Positions 49,790 through 62,519 of a stretch of DNA of 64,000 nucleotides are shown one piece after another. The stretch is taken from assembly GCA_010909165.1 (NCBI GenBank), contig MU008169.1:186001-250000 (forward strand), in the 5' to 3' direction. Numbering within the stretch: the stretch's first letter is position 1; the number at the start of each line of letters is the position of its first letter. Both the position numbers and the translations under genes were made by a program. Origin of the DNA: Anthoceros angustus. Its lineage: Eukaryota > Plantae > Anthocerotophyta. The notes beneath the pieces are model-generated. The model worked only from the letters and a program-made list of their open reading frames with translations. It was not told the origin of the DNA and searched no databases.

Positions 49790-51900
49790 ATTTGCTTTTC
49801 TTGTTTGCAGAGACTACTAGCTTTCTCCCAGAGCACCAAAGATTGAGATCGATGCGAATGTTTGAAAGAAATTCAAGTTCTAGATTCACTTGCCAATACT
49901 CGCATACTTTAATATGTTCCACGCCCAACTTTAGACTTCCTGCAATGCATCCCAGGCGGAGGGAATGGGTGTGCATATATACCAATGTCGCTTCCCCTCT
50001 CTCCAATCTGGATGAGCAAATGCTTGAGTCACATGGCGAGGGAAAGTAAAAGGACCGGTTTGGTGATCGCGGTGGTACCGTCTGACGCTTCAAGCGTATC
50101 CACAAACATAAACCCGCTCATATCCACTTCCATGGACGGTGGCTGTCGTGAAGTGTCACATTCAACCACTTCACATTAAAGACAATTGTGTCTGATTGTG
50201 GCATCAAATCGATAATTGCTTCAATTTCTTCAATTTGACCAAAAAATTCTCTAGAGCCTTCTTCCATGTGTCCATACACCCAAGAGTCTGTGTTGCCACC
50301 AGCGTTGATCGCAACCCTTGTCACAATGGTAGCCTTAGTTCTAATCCACGGTAGGCATCCAATGATATTAGCGGGCGGCCACTAGAGCCCGAATATCGAG
50401 AATCTGGCAAATGTGTCCGCCCTCGGCAACTCCTTCCTCAAGCCATTGAAGATAAGAAAGGCGCCTGATATGCTTCATTGAACTCAAGTGGAGGGCAATG
50501 CATCCGATTACGACGAGATACCAATGCAAGCGTTTTGCTCATCCACTAAGAGTTATCGGTGCAGGTTTCCCAATAGGCGCTTACGTAAGGTGGTCCAAGG
50601 TCATGTACTTGAATTGGTGCCCGACGCGCAAAATGTCTAACAAACATGCATTCCATTGATAAGTAACCCGTCGCAAGGCTACCCTCCGGCTTTGCTTTCT
50701 GCCGTACAGACTGTTTGAGGACGTGCATATGCCTTTCAAAGGGATACATCCACCTGCATTGTACAGTGCCATGGGTTTCAACTTCGTCAAGAAGATGGAT
50801 GATCATATGTTGCATCGGGTTCCAGAATGTCGAAGGCATGCATTTCTCAAGCTCAATCATGATGTCTATAACCTTGGACTTCATTCGAGGAATATCGGCC
50901 ATAGGTATGGATTTCTTACATATCCATCGATAGAGTGCACTTAGTTCACATAAGGCCGAGTACTCTGGGTCTTTAAGGCGACCCCGCAATGCGATCGGAA
51001 GGTAATATTGCAGTAGTAAATGCCAGTCATGGCTTTTTAGGCCGGTGACTTTGGTTCCTCGGAAGCACGTTGCCAAGTTCGCTCCGAATCCTGTCGGTGG
51101 TCTCATCCTACATATTTCATTTTTAACAGCATCTAATGCCTCCCTCGATAAGGAATATGATGCGGGAGGAAGGTGAGCCTCATTGTTTTCATGAATAAGC
51201 CACAACCACGGCTTTGAGTCGGCATCCTCCATATCAACCGGTCCGTTATGAGTGTCCCATTGACCCGGTCAACACATTCCACAAGGCTGTGGTTGTTGAT
51301 TCAACATGCATAGTGTCCTTCAACCATATTTTATGAATATCCGGAAAGTACGGTAAATGCGGAAGAAGGTGACATCCGTTTCCTCCCATTGCATCATTAC
51401 GGGATTGGGCGGGCGCTTCCACCTTTGCATTTGAGTACACCTCGAGCGGTGAGGGTGGCATGACCTGAAGCTCTATTTTGTTATTAAAGAACTCTCGATT
51501 ATCAATACGCTTGTCATGGAGGATGTTGTCGGTAGCGATGGCCGCCATATACGCTTGTCCATCCTTTGTGACCATCTGAGGCTCGAGGTTGAGCCACACT
51601 CGATGCAACATTTGTAGCCTCGGACACTGCAGGAACTAAAAGAACTCCTAAACACGGATAGTCACAAGTTGCATTCAAAGTGCGGCCGGAGTAAAAGCTG
51701 TTCAGGACTTCCCAAGGTTTGGAATGATCAAAGGCTTGGACACCGTGAAGAAGGTTCTGCAGAGCTCTGCCAATATAACGGCTCCAAATATGTCCATGTT
51801 CTTCACTTGCTTTGGCGAGGAATGATGATAGGTGGGGACAATATCTTCTTGGTGAAGCCGATGGCTATTGTTGACGTGGAAGGACAAACCGCATGCCAAG
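49790..51900 (-). pseudogene. CACTA transposase (TnpD) C-terminal half, copy 1 (end of Transposase_21, DUF4218, DUF4216-like)
   Basis: KVTGLKSHDWHLLLQYYLPIALRG; IELEKCMPSTFWNPMQHMIIHLLDEVETHGTVQCRWMYPFERHMHVLKQSVRQKAKPEGSLATGY; EFFGQIEEI. Confidence 0.9.
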
Positions 51901-51945
51901 ATGCTATAAAGTAGGGTATAAAGGGCCTATTTACACAAATAGTAN

Positions 51946-52750
51946 TCGGCGACGGAGATCGGCTTGCAGATATGGCCGTTCATGCCGGCGTCGCCGGCGG
52001 CGAGGATGTGTTCGGGCAGCACGTCGGCGCTCAGGGCGACGATCGGCGTGCGCCGGTTGCCGCCGGCCAGGCCGGATCGCCCGGGCGGCGGCGAAGCCGT
52101 CCATGCCGGGCATCTGCAGGTCCATGAGGATCAGGTCGAACCGCCGTTCCGCGGCGAGGCGCAGGGCCTCCGCGCCGCTGTCGGCCTCAAAGACCTCGTG
52201 GCCGACCGCCTGGAGCATGGCGCGGACCAGTTCGCGGTTCACGGCGAGGTCGTCCACCACCAGCACCCGCGCGACGTCCGTCCGCGCCTCGGCCTCCGCG
52301 CCGGCGGCGTCGGCCGACGGCTCCAGCGCGGCCGGGGCCAGGACATGGAAGCGGAACGTCGAGCCGCCGCCGGGCGAGGCGCCATCTCGATGTCGCCGCC
52401 CATCAGCTCGACCAGGCCCTTGCAGATCGACAGGCCCAGGCCGGTGCCGCCGTGGCGGCGGCTGACCGAGCCGTCCACCTGCGAGAACCGCTGGAACAGC
52501 AGCCGGGCCTGCTTGTCCGGCGGCACGCCGACGCCGGTGTCGGAGACGGCGACGTCCAGCCGGTCCTGCCGGGGCGATAGGAGGCCGCCACCCGGATTTC
52601 GCCGTGGTCGGTGAACTTGACGGCGTTGCCGACCAGATTGACGATCACCTGCCGCAGCCGGTCGGCGTCGGCGGCGAGGACGGCGGGGTCTCCGGGGCGA
52701 TGTCCAGCCGCAGGGCGATCCCTTGGCCCGCGCCTGTTCGGCGAAAGGCA
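51946..52750 (-). other. Bacterial hybrid histidine kinase fragment (HATPase_c plus receiver domain); probable contaminant or chimera
   Basis: [97 protein letters not shown]. It is far more GC-rich than its flanks, broken by 1-bp deletions, and starts immediately after the only N in the window. Confidence 0.9.
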
Positions 52751-53339
52751 ATGCTTGGATGTGAAGGGGTCTTTTCGCGTCTTGGAGAGACAAAGCTCCG
52801 TAGTAGCTTCCCTTCTATCCAGCTCTTTAATTAGTGCCATCTTTGGAAAATCCATAATCCTCCATGATGAACGCTTAGGCCACAGGTCCCCTTCTTCAAC
52901 ATTCCCCATATTCAATGGCTCACACACTAGCCATCTTTGGCATCTTACCAAGCTCGGAATTCGCCATCTTTTCCAGGATGAGGATGGGCCATAGTGATGA
53001 AGGACAAGCCTGTCAGCACCCTTGCCAGCTTGCAAGGTTCCATGGCATGCGGGCATAGCGCATGCCCCGGGTGTGATGCGCCATTGTATGTGATGTGTTT
53101 TCATTGGGTACGATAGGCTTCCAGAGATTCCTATGTTTTCATTGGCCAGAACGTACATACTAGAAGAAGCACCCGATCGTGAACGCAAACGTACTGGACA
53201 CCGTCTCAAGAAAACGTTCTTGCAGTCAGGCATGCTGTAATAGGCACATCTCACCGTCTTGTACAGTATTGATCACTTCACAACTCATAGGGAACAGTGT
53301 TGGGTCGTAATTCTTCTCCCTTTCTCCACTCCCCAAGAC

Positions 53340-54572
53340 GGGGAAATTCTCGCTCAATCCTTATCGTCTGTAATGGGAGACACCAATGGAGATGGTGTGG
53401 CTCAGTATATGCCGTCAATTCTGGCCAGTTTCGGTGCATCGTCAGATGGAGATAAAGGCGCGGGAAGCGATTCCTCTGATGACAGTGTAGTATGGAGGCT
53501 CAACAAGCGCCGGAGGGACATCAGCGACGCTGGCCAGGCGTGAAGCCTATTTGGCAGTGGGATCACAAGACTGTGTTCACGGATGGAGACTATGTTTGTG
53601 CCCAGGCTTTTGAGGAGTCCGCAGTGGAGTGCCCTGCAGTCTGGATACCTGGTCCCGGCCGGTGGATGATGCAACTCATGGAGTTGTGGGGCCTTTGCGG
53701 CCTGCATGAGGAGTTCATTTTCGCACGAGTTTCGAACAAGGATGCTGGCCCATGGTCCTGTGGCATGCGTCCCAAACCTGGTGCCCCTCTACCTCCGCCT
53801 CGGGGCTGGTTCGTCGGCAGCCATTCGCGTTGGGGCCTTGGAATCCTTGAACGGGCGAAGGACCTGGGAGGGTATGTGGCGGATGTCCTAGAGGAATTGC
53901 GTACTTTGCCGCACTTGAAGGAGAAGGTCTTGGTTGTGGAAGTGAGCACGCCAGCGTCGAAGATGGTTTTCAAAGCCAAGTCATTTCCAAGGCCGATTTG
54001 ACATAATGGTTGTTGACCTCCAGCCCATGTTTGTGGAAGACCCGGCAGAGGCAACCTTGCAAACGGGGAAGCTTTCGGAGGACATCCTCAGCGTGAAGGT
54101 GGAGACGGAGGTGGAATTTTTACGAGACACCAAACATGGCCTCCGGATATGTCTCAGGACGGTTGGGCCACCATGGAGCAAGAAACGTTTGAATCTATAC
54201 ACAGGACCAGAAGAGTCTCTACGGAACATGTTGGCTCTACCTTGCAAGACCGGTGGCAACATCGCGATTTTGAAGCGCGAGGTGGATCACATGTGGAGCA
54301 TAGGCCACTTGCACAGGGTGCCTTTCGTTTACCTCAGCAATTTTCATTTTGTAGCCTACACAGATTACCGCATGAATGACGATGGGATGTTCCATCTTAT
54401 GGAGGCACTAGACCTTGTAGTTAGGACATGTCACTGCATCGGGTCGCGGCGAGGGTTTGCTGCTATTGTGGGCCGCACCTATGCCTTCCTCTTTGCACCA
54501 CGAGCAATGGATGTGCCTTTGAGAGTGGAAGTCTTGCGCGGACTAAGACGCACAGACTTCCTCTTTGGTTAG
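53340..54572 (+). CDS. Unknown ~400-aa cargo ORF antisense to the CACTA transposase; second copy at ~48500-49700
   Basis: Consecutive open stretches 53492-54001 and 54006-54572 are separated by an apparent 1-bp frameshift. The same peptides (WPGVKP.W.WDHK, KTGGNIAILKREVDHMWSIGHLHRVPFVYLSNFHF) occur in copy 1. The opposite strand has many stops. Confidence 0.55.
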
Positions 54573-55875
54573 CGTCATTGGCCTCCATGTTGACGGTTGT
54601 TCGGGGTTGTCGCGTTTGTGAAGACAGGGCTTGGCTAGCAAGCTAGGCTCTTTCATTTGCTTTTCTTGTTTGCAGAGACTACTAGCTTTCTCCCATTTCA
54701 ATGAGCACACAGTTGAGATCAGGGTCTGAATGTTTGAAAGAAATTCAAGTTCTAGATTCACTTGCCAATACTGCATACTTTAATATGTTCACCACGCCCA
54801 ACTTTAGACTTCATGCAATGCATCCCAGGCGGAGGGAATGGGTGTGCATATATACCAATGTCGCTTCCCCTCTCTCCAATCTGGATGAGCAAATGCTTGA
54901 GTCACATGGCGAGGGAAAGTAAAAGGACCGGTTTGGTGATCGCGGTGGTACCGATACGGCCTTCGCGTATCCACAAACATAAACCCGCTCATATCCACTT
55001 CCATGGACGGTGGCTGTCGTGAAGTGTCACATTCGAACCACTTCACATTAAAGACAATTGTGCGGACTGTGGCATCGTCAGTAATTGCTTCCAGAATTTC
55101 TTCAATTTGACCAAAAAATTCTCTAGAGCCTTCTTCCATGTCGAATCGTCCATACACCCAAGAGTCCTGTGTTGCCCGACGGCGTTGATCTGCAACCCTT
55201 GTCCTGAAATGGTAGCCCCTTAGTTCTAATCCACGGTAGGCATCCAATGATATTCGCGGGCCGGCCACTAGAGCCCGAATATCCGAGAATGCTGGCAAAT
55301 GTGTCCAGCGGCCCTCGGCAACTCCTTCCTCAAGCCATTGAAGATAAGAAAGGCGCCCCTGATATGCTTCATTGAACTCAAGTCGGAGGGACTGCAATGC
55401 ATCTGAATTCTGGACAAGATACCAATGCAAGCGTTTTTGCTCATCCCTGCTAAGAGTTATCGGTCTAGGTTTCCCAATAGGTCGTTCTAGAAGGTGGTCC
55501 AAGGTCATGTACTTGAATTGGTGCCCGTACGCCGCAAGGTAATCTGCTGCCAAAAACATGCATTCCATTGATAAGTAACCTGTCGCAAGGCTACCCTCCG
55601 GCTTTGCTTTCGCCGCATGCATCGCTTTGAGGACGTGCATATGCCTTTCAAAGGGATACATCCACCGCTGCACAAAGGCCATGGGTTTCAACTTCCAAGA
55701 AGATGGATGATCATATGTTGCATCGGGTTCCAGAATGTCGAAGGCATGCATTTCTCAAGCTCAATCATGATGTCTATAACCTTGGACTTCATTCGAGGAA
55801 TGTCGGCCACAGGTATGGATTTCTTACATATCCATCGATAGAGTGCACTTAGTTCACATAAGGCCGCGTACTCTG

Positions 55876-58800
55876 TGTTAAAATCCTAGCAGTAGGATTG
55901 TGCATCCCTTGCATCTAGTCTAGCATGATTGAGATGCTACATTCTCGAAGATATTTTGTGGTATTCTCTCTATGTCAAAATGTATACAAAGTACGCCTTA
56001 AATAGTGTTTGTGGGTGTCTCTTCCAAGAGGCACACCCGTCAGAATTACTAATTACCTTAGTTACGCCTAAGGTTACTAGTCGGTCGAGGGTTACGACAG
56101 ATTATCCATTTTTCGTAACACTCCTCTGTCGGACGACGTAACCCAGAATGGGAGCTATCTCCCATGGAGCGCCGATGCTCCTCTTTGCGCCTCCTCCTCA
56201 AGGCTAAGGAAAGCCAAAGCCGCCTTGGGGTACTGACCAATAGGCAAGTCGTGGACTTGTGGTCTGAAGAAGTAGCATGACCCCTTGAAACAAGCATCTC
56301 AAGATCGCCTTTGCTTCAAAGATGAGTCATCGAGATCAAGTTCTTGCCCATTTATGGACGAGGAGCACAGCTCCAAGGTAAGCACCGAACCATCCTTGAG
56401 AGGAAATTCAAGTGCCTTGTCCCATGATCATGTTAGATCTACTCAATTCATCACCGAGTAACACCCTTTCCTTGAGAGGATGAGTATTCAGCAGGTGAGT
56501 ACTGTCTGACACGGGCGTGGCTCCACCGCCCGTATACCACCCGCATCCTTATGCAACTCGGTGTTGAGGCAAACCATAAGTATCTTTACGGTTTCTCTCC
56601 GTCAAGGCCCTTTAATCGCAACGCGGGTCACGCCTGTCATTCCCGGCTCTCCTTCTTTCTTGCGGCACTCGTGCTAATGGCAGGGCCCGCACTACCAGCT
56701 CGCGAGGAGGGGCAGAGGTTGAGTCACCTTTAGTGAAGTTCGCCTTGCGACCCTCCCGGCTTGAATGGTGAGCGCCTGTCGCATCGGCTTGGACCCTCAG
56801 AGGCGGCTCGCCTCCCTGAGCACCAATAATATCTTCCAGTGAGGGTGGAGGTGTACCGACTTACCATGGTCGATACCAACATCGCTGGTCACGGTTGTGG
56901 TAAGACGGTGGTAAGCTCATTAGCTGTGTGCGGCATCGCCTCCCGACATGGTTGAGCCAAGGGAGCTGCCCTCGCCGAACTTCGAGGTGGTAAATCGACG
57001 GTCTCCTTCATCCTCAAGGAGTTGAATTCTCGCCGCATAATCGTGCAAAGGTTAGAACATTATTAACATTGTAGGTGTTAGACAACTGGTCCTGACAGGC
57101 CTCCGTGAGGAACTCCACGCTAGGCACCGTGCTTGAGTCGAGTCCACGATGAGGAGGGCAATTGCAATCCCATTCAAGTAGTCCCATCTCACAATATCAA
57201 GAATCGATGGGGAGGTGTCAAGAGTTAGGCTTCTAAGGGTGCCAACAATCTTCCAAACACCTCGACCTATCAAGATGGACATGCGAACTCACACGGTAAT
57301 GTTGGCCATTGAATCTATCTTTCTTTGATCTGGTCGGTGAAGACTGCACTCCCATGGGAGGAAGTACGCTAGCCATGGAGCGAGCGAGTTGAAGTTGAAG
57401 TGTTGTATAAGTTGATTCACCACGCCTCGTAAGTTGTGGTCATAAAACTTCAAGTTGAATCCTCGTCATGGGTTGTTGGTGTGGTGAACAAAGGAATCTC
57501 TCCTCCACGAGTGCTTAAAAGATCCTTGAAGAAAACAATATCCCCTCTCTTGCTGGCTTTTAACTTCTCTCCACTTTCTTCTCTCCCTTTGTTTTCTTTT
57601 TATTTGTGTTCCACTGGGGCTTGCTTCCTTGCTCGCTTCTCTCTTTATTCTTCTCTTTATTTGGTGAGGGATTTGCCTTTATACTTCTGTCAGAATTATT
57701 TAACTATAGACGAAAACCATATACTTAGAACCAAAGTGAGTCGGTATAGTGGTTGGTCGTTTCCCGTAGGGGCCTGCAGGTCGCGGGTTCGATCCCCGTT
57801 GGTGCGTCTGTTTGAGTTTTTTTTTTTTTTTTGAATAATAGAGGGCCCTTGGATTAATGTCCCCCTCCTTACCGAAACGGCAACGGGGGCACCGATTCGG
57901 ACGGGCGCGCCCGTCCGCGTCAGGGCGGCCGCACCGGCCGCTGGGGGCGCCGTGCATGGGGTGCGCCGCCCGTGCGCGGTACTCCGGGCGCGCAGATCCT
58001 CCGCTGGGGTCAGCGTTTCGAGTCACGACGCAATCTCCAGATGCGCCTTTGGGTGCTGGTCGCGCGGTTCCGGAGATCGGTGCCTTTTTGGGTGGAATCT
58101 TCACGCTAGGGCCGGGCGGCCCCACCGGATCCACCGGCGACGCTTGCTTGGATCGGCCTGCGAGTCTGTGGAATTAGGCGTCTGCGGAACTAGATTGGTA
58201 GAGGAAGCGCCGCTTCACCGCTGTCGCAGACGCCGGGTGGAGATCGCCCTCCGCCCGCCTCCCGGGCGTCCCTCGTGGGCGCCGTGCCTGTGATTGCTGA
58301 TCAATCTTGTTTCAGGCTCGCCGACGCCGCCACACGCGCGGGAGCAGAAAATAGCAGATGCAGGGGGAGGAGGGAGGCCCCGTGCCTCTCCCTCGTGTTT
58401 TGGTTTGAAGCCATTCCACCCCTGCAGCTATATTTGTAGGGCGCGGGACCCTGAATTAATAAGCCACACAGGGTGATGGGGCTGTAGACCGGCTGCCATT
58501 GGAACTCCGGGGTTAAGTGCCCCGGTGTCAGATCAGTACTCAGATGGGGCCAACCAGGCCTCCCCATTCTAGATTCATTTTGATCCGTTTTTTTTTTTTT
58601 TTTTGCTCTCTATGCTAGCCTGGCTAGGATGAGAGTCTGTCCCTGCCCCCCCTATCTAAATTATGGGGAAGAAAAGGCAACTAACAGCAATAGTCGGCTG
58701 TGTGCAGGTAAGCGGCGAGGGCACTCTCGCGGGATTTGACATCGGCGAGAGAGGAAGAGAAACTAGGCTCCCAGTCAGGAGACTAAGCTCTGATACCATG

Positions 58801-59042
58801 TTAAAATCCTAGCAGTAGGATTGTGCATCCCTTGCATCTAGTCTAGCATGATTGAGATGCTACATTCTCGAAGATATTTTGTGGTATTCTCTCTATGTCA
58901 AAAATGTATACAAGTCGTCTTAAATAGTGTTTGTGGGTGTCTCTTCCAAGAGGCACACCGTCGAATTACTAATTACTCTTAGTTACGCCTAAGGTTACTA
59001 ATGGGTCGATAGGGTTACTGAGACATTATCCATTTCGTAACA
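55876..59042 (-). mobile_element. Non-autonomous Ty1/copia deletion derivative (3.17 kb, ~245-bp LTRs)
   Basis: LTRs at 55876-56120 and 58799-59042 (TGTTA...TAACA). PBS TGGTATCAGAGC (tRNA-iMet) on the minus strand at 58787-58798 and PPT AGAGGAG. Remnants of copia gag (FNGQHYRV..RMSILIGRGVWKIV..WDYLNGIAIA), a CCHC knuckle (~56660-56700) and protease (..KERVLLGD..KNLISMTHL). No INT, RT or RH. Confidence 0.9.
57738..57832 (+). ncRNA. tRNA-derived Pol III cassette (SINE-like head or tRNA pseudogene) followed by T16
   Basis: A-box-like GGTATAGTGG (57743-57752), B box GGTTCGATCCC (57786-57796) at tRNA-like spacing, and a T run at 57817-57832. The boxes resemble plant tRNA-Asp, but no anticodon arm or acceptor stem can be folded. 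Confidence 0.6.
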
Positions 59043-62000
59043 CTGGGTCTTAAGACCTCGCAATGCAATCATAAGGTACAGTAGTAAATGCAGTCATGGC
59101 TTTTAGGCCAGTGACTTTGGTTCCCTAAGCACGTTGCCAAGTTCTCCGAATCACTATGGTCTCATCCTACATATTTCATTTTTAACAGCATCTAATGCCT
59201 CCCTCGATAAGGAATATGATGCGGGAGGAAGGTGAGCCTCATTGTTTTCATGAATAAGCCACAACCACGGCTTTGAGTCGGCATCCTCCATATCAACCGG
59301 TCCGTTATGAGTGTCCCATTGACCGGTCAACACATTCCACAAGGCCTGACAGTTGTTCAGTTCAACATGCATAGTGTCCTTCAACCATATTTTATGAATA
59401 TCCAGAAGGTACGGTAAATGCCGGAAGAAGGTTGACATCCGTTTCACTCCCCATTGCCGCACATCATTACGGGATTGGGCGGAAGCAGCTTCCCACCTTT
59501 GCATTTCAGAGTACACCTCCCGAACAGAGGCAGAGGGTGGCATGACACGAAGCTCTATTTTGTTATTAAAGAACTCTCGATTATCCAATCGCCGCTTGTC
59601 ATGGAGAGATGTTGTCCAGTGGCGATGGCCATCGCATACCAGCTTGTCCATCGCCTGTGACCATCTAGGCTGCAGGTTCGAGCCACACTCAATGCAACAT
59701 TTGTAGCCTCGGACCTGGAGGCCTAAAAGGGCTCCTAAACCTGGATAGTCACAAGTTGCATTCAAAAGTGCAGCCCGGAGAGTAAAGCCTAGGACTTCCC
59801 AAAGGTTTGGAATGATCAAAGGCTTGGACACCCGTGAAGAGGGTTGCGAGCTCTGCCAATAACGGCTCCAAATATATGTCCATGTTCTTCACTTGCTTTG
59901 GCCCAGGAATGATAATTGGCATTAGGAGCCTTATGTTTCTTTGTAGCCACATCAGGGGGCAAGTTGTGAATGATGAGGAGAATAGGCCATATCGAATACG
60001 AACTCGATCGGTGACCAGAAGGGTTGAACCCATCGGTGCTGATGCCAAGTCGTATATTCCGGTCATCATCCCGAATCCAGAAGTTGCATCCAATCGCTGC
60101 CAAGCTGGTGTGTCAGCCATGATCCTCATGTGCCCATCATTGCTTTTATGAGTGGCGAACCAAGTAAGCTCACCGGCCGTTTTGGGGCTGGTGTACATTC
60201 TCACCAAGCGCTCAGTAATAGGAAAATAAAAAAAGGACTTGCGAGGGGTTTTCACCTTTTTTGGGGTTTTCACCTTCCCGATAGCGGGGCTCCCCACAGC
60301 GGTGGCAGAAGGCATCACCGGCACTAGGTCCCCAATAAATGCAGCAGTCGTTGACGCAGGCATGGATGCGGGCGGAGGACTGACCAATCTGCATCATGGC
60401 AACACGAGCATCCTGCCAGCTGCTGGGGAGGGAATTTTGCTTCGGCAGGAAAACATGATGATATAATGTCGAAGATGGCAATCATACCGGAGTCGGAAAT
60501 TTTGAAGCGGTCCTGTATGAATAGTAAAGATAGAGTGGCAGATAGGCGAGTATGGGAAGACTTCTCAGCTTCGTTGACCTCCCAAAGAGGAGTGGTGGCG
60601 TCCGCGCGGCACCGAGCGCGTGGAAGACCGGAAAAAGGGGCATGTTGCAGGCTTTAATTGCATCACCACCGAAACCCCAACATCCGAATCAAGCCATCTT
60701 CCTGTGTCCGTGAGCCTCGTAGTCTCGTGTGAGCTCCCTTGATGCGAATTCATTAGAATCTAGCTCAAACGAGGCAGAGAAATCATAGTGTGATGTAGTG
60801 GAGGCATCTTCGTCAGAGGAATCCATCGTATGTGGAGACACTCTTGAGGAAATTTCCTCACCGTCTAGAGTTGGAATGAGGGGGAAAGCGCCTGGCATGA
60901 ACCACGGCTGGAGGCGGGTGTGGAATTGGTGGCACTGGGGCACCCAATACCGGACATATCGGAGGCGGCCTTTGCCAAAGCATCAAGTTGGCGCCGACCT
61001 TTGCGCACAGAAAAGGGATTAGTGTCAAACCATGACCTCGCCTCGCCACAAACTCCACAAACAATGATCAGAAGCGAGCACGCCACCTCATTTTGTATCC
61101 GCAAACAACGGACATGCCACGAGAAATATCGCCTGAAGCTTGTTGGTGGGCGACAACTGGCAAGGACAAGCAATCTCGCCAATTTCTCGATTAGAGCGCC
61201 CATCCATGGTGCACACGTCAACGCACAATCCCTTTCGTGAACCGAAGAAAGTTTTGTCACTCCACGTTCTGGAAATAGCGTGCACTGGGCGAGGGAGGGT
61301 GAGCCAGCTGGATGATGTGTTCTCATGGGCCACAACCGAGCTGGATTGAACAGCCCACTCGACACATATCAAAGCGTCCGTTGGTTGCTCATCGGGCAAA
61401 CCGCCAAAACCAAATCGGTAACGCCAACGTGGGTGACCTTCCAACCCTTCTTTTTAAGATGCCTGTAAAGATGGGACCCCTTATCGCCTTAAATGAGGAA
61501 GATGCACGCAAAGGGTACACCTGCCTTAGCTGGTTGCCTTTTTTCAAATATGAGGTTAAGATGATCCAGCGTGCGTCCTATTCACCATGTCTTAAAAAGT
61601 TCTGTTTTGTAATAGTGCCCCCTGCGAAACGGAACGTGGGCTGCCCAACGAAGAAACGAAAGGATGCACCCGCACGCAAAGGAGCTACAAAGAAGAAGAA
61701 AGTGCAGGCGTCCTCCGAGGGTGTTTCAGCGTGTAGGTCTAGCATAGATCCCGATCCGCTTTTTCGACCGCAACATTCAAATGGATGTATGCATGATCCG
61801 ATAGGACCACAAATGGGACTACGCTATTGTCAAAGATGGACGGATGTGTCGATAGCCTTTTGTTTGCCTAAACAATTGAAATAATGGCAATAATCATGCG
61901 GTTTCCCAAAGTAATCATGACACTTTTTAGTATATATAAATAGATATTCATTAAACGTATAACGCAGTTGCCGATGGAATTCGGGCGATCACGCGCTTGA

Positions 62001-62519
62001 CCACCCGGAGGCCTCTATACCGAATGTGCTCATGGGGCAGCCAACCGCAACCGCATTTACAAAGTGGCAAGGACACAACGGCACGGACACCAATGGGTAT
62101 CCACGCACACCCCCACCCTCCCCGCACCGAACCTCGTAAGTGAGCAGGATGCCTACACGGCCCGCGTCCCACATTCGACCGGGTTCCTGAGGGGAAAGGA
62201 CGTGGTCGCATTTTCAACCCAAACCCTCACCATGATGTTACGAACACCGCGCTGTAGAATTGACTCGACTTACAAGTGAGAGAGTGGTTGCCGCCAGACG
62301 GAATTCCGCCAACAGGAACCGCGAACGGGAAAATTCACAATCGTGAGACACCGTCATTCGGAAATTGAGCACGATATTCTTATGACGAACAAACCACAAA
62401 TTTCCAGCCGAGTGAGCCTGTCATAAACGAGACACAAATGTCACATCCTTGTCTTTAATTTCGTCATATTCTGCCTCCTTTTGTAGTAGTGATGGGAGCG
62501 TAACTGCTGACGACGTAAG

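Larger units (their letters stand above)
44083..51900 (-). mobile_element. CACTA/En-Spm element copy 1: 3' part of the transposase plus downstream genes; probably continues at <=27057 beyond the gypsy insertion
   Basis: Homologous to 52750-60050 minus the copia insertion. The 5' end is lost at the N (51945). Confidence 0.8.
54660..60500 (-). pseudogene. CACTA transposase (TnpD) copy 2, split by the copia insertion
   Basis: RIHACVNDCCIYWG..CHRCGEPRY, YFPITERL, RNIRLGISTDGFNP, SIWPILLIIHNLPP, IIPGPKQVKNMDIYLEPL, FTLRAALLNATCDYPG, IWLKDTMHVE, RWMYPFER, SWVYGRFD..EFFGQIEEILE. Confidence 0.92.
52750..62491 (-). mobile_element. CACTA/En-Spm element copy 2 with intact 5' terminus
   Basis: The plus strand ends ...CTTTTGTAGTAGTG at 62491, i.e. 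CACTACTACAAAAG on the minus strand. Subterminal CGTCAT/ATGACG motifs at 62350-62470. The transposase lies on the minus strand. Confidence 0.85.

Noticed and set aside
52403-53254. 283-aa ORF fusing CACTA sequence to a histidine-kinase domain
   Set aside because: It spans the plant/bacterial junction and is most simply an artefact of a chimeric join.
57738-57810. Functional tRNA gene
   Set aside because: Only the promoter boxes are retained; acceptor and anticodon stems do not pair.
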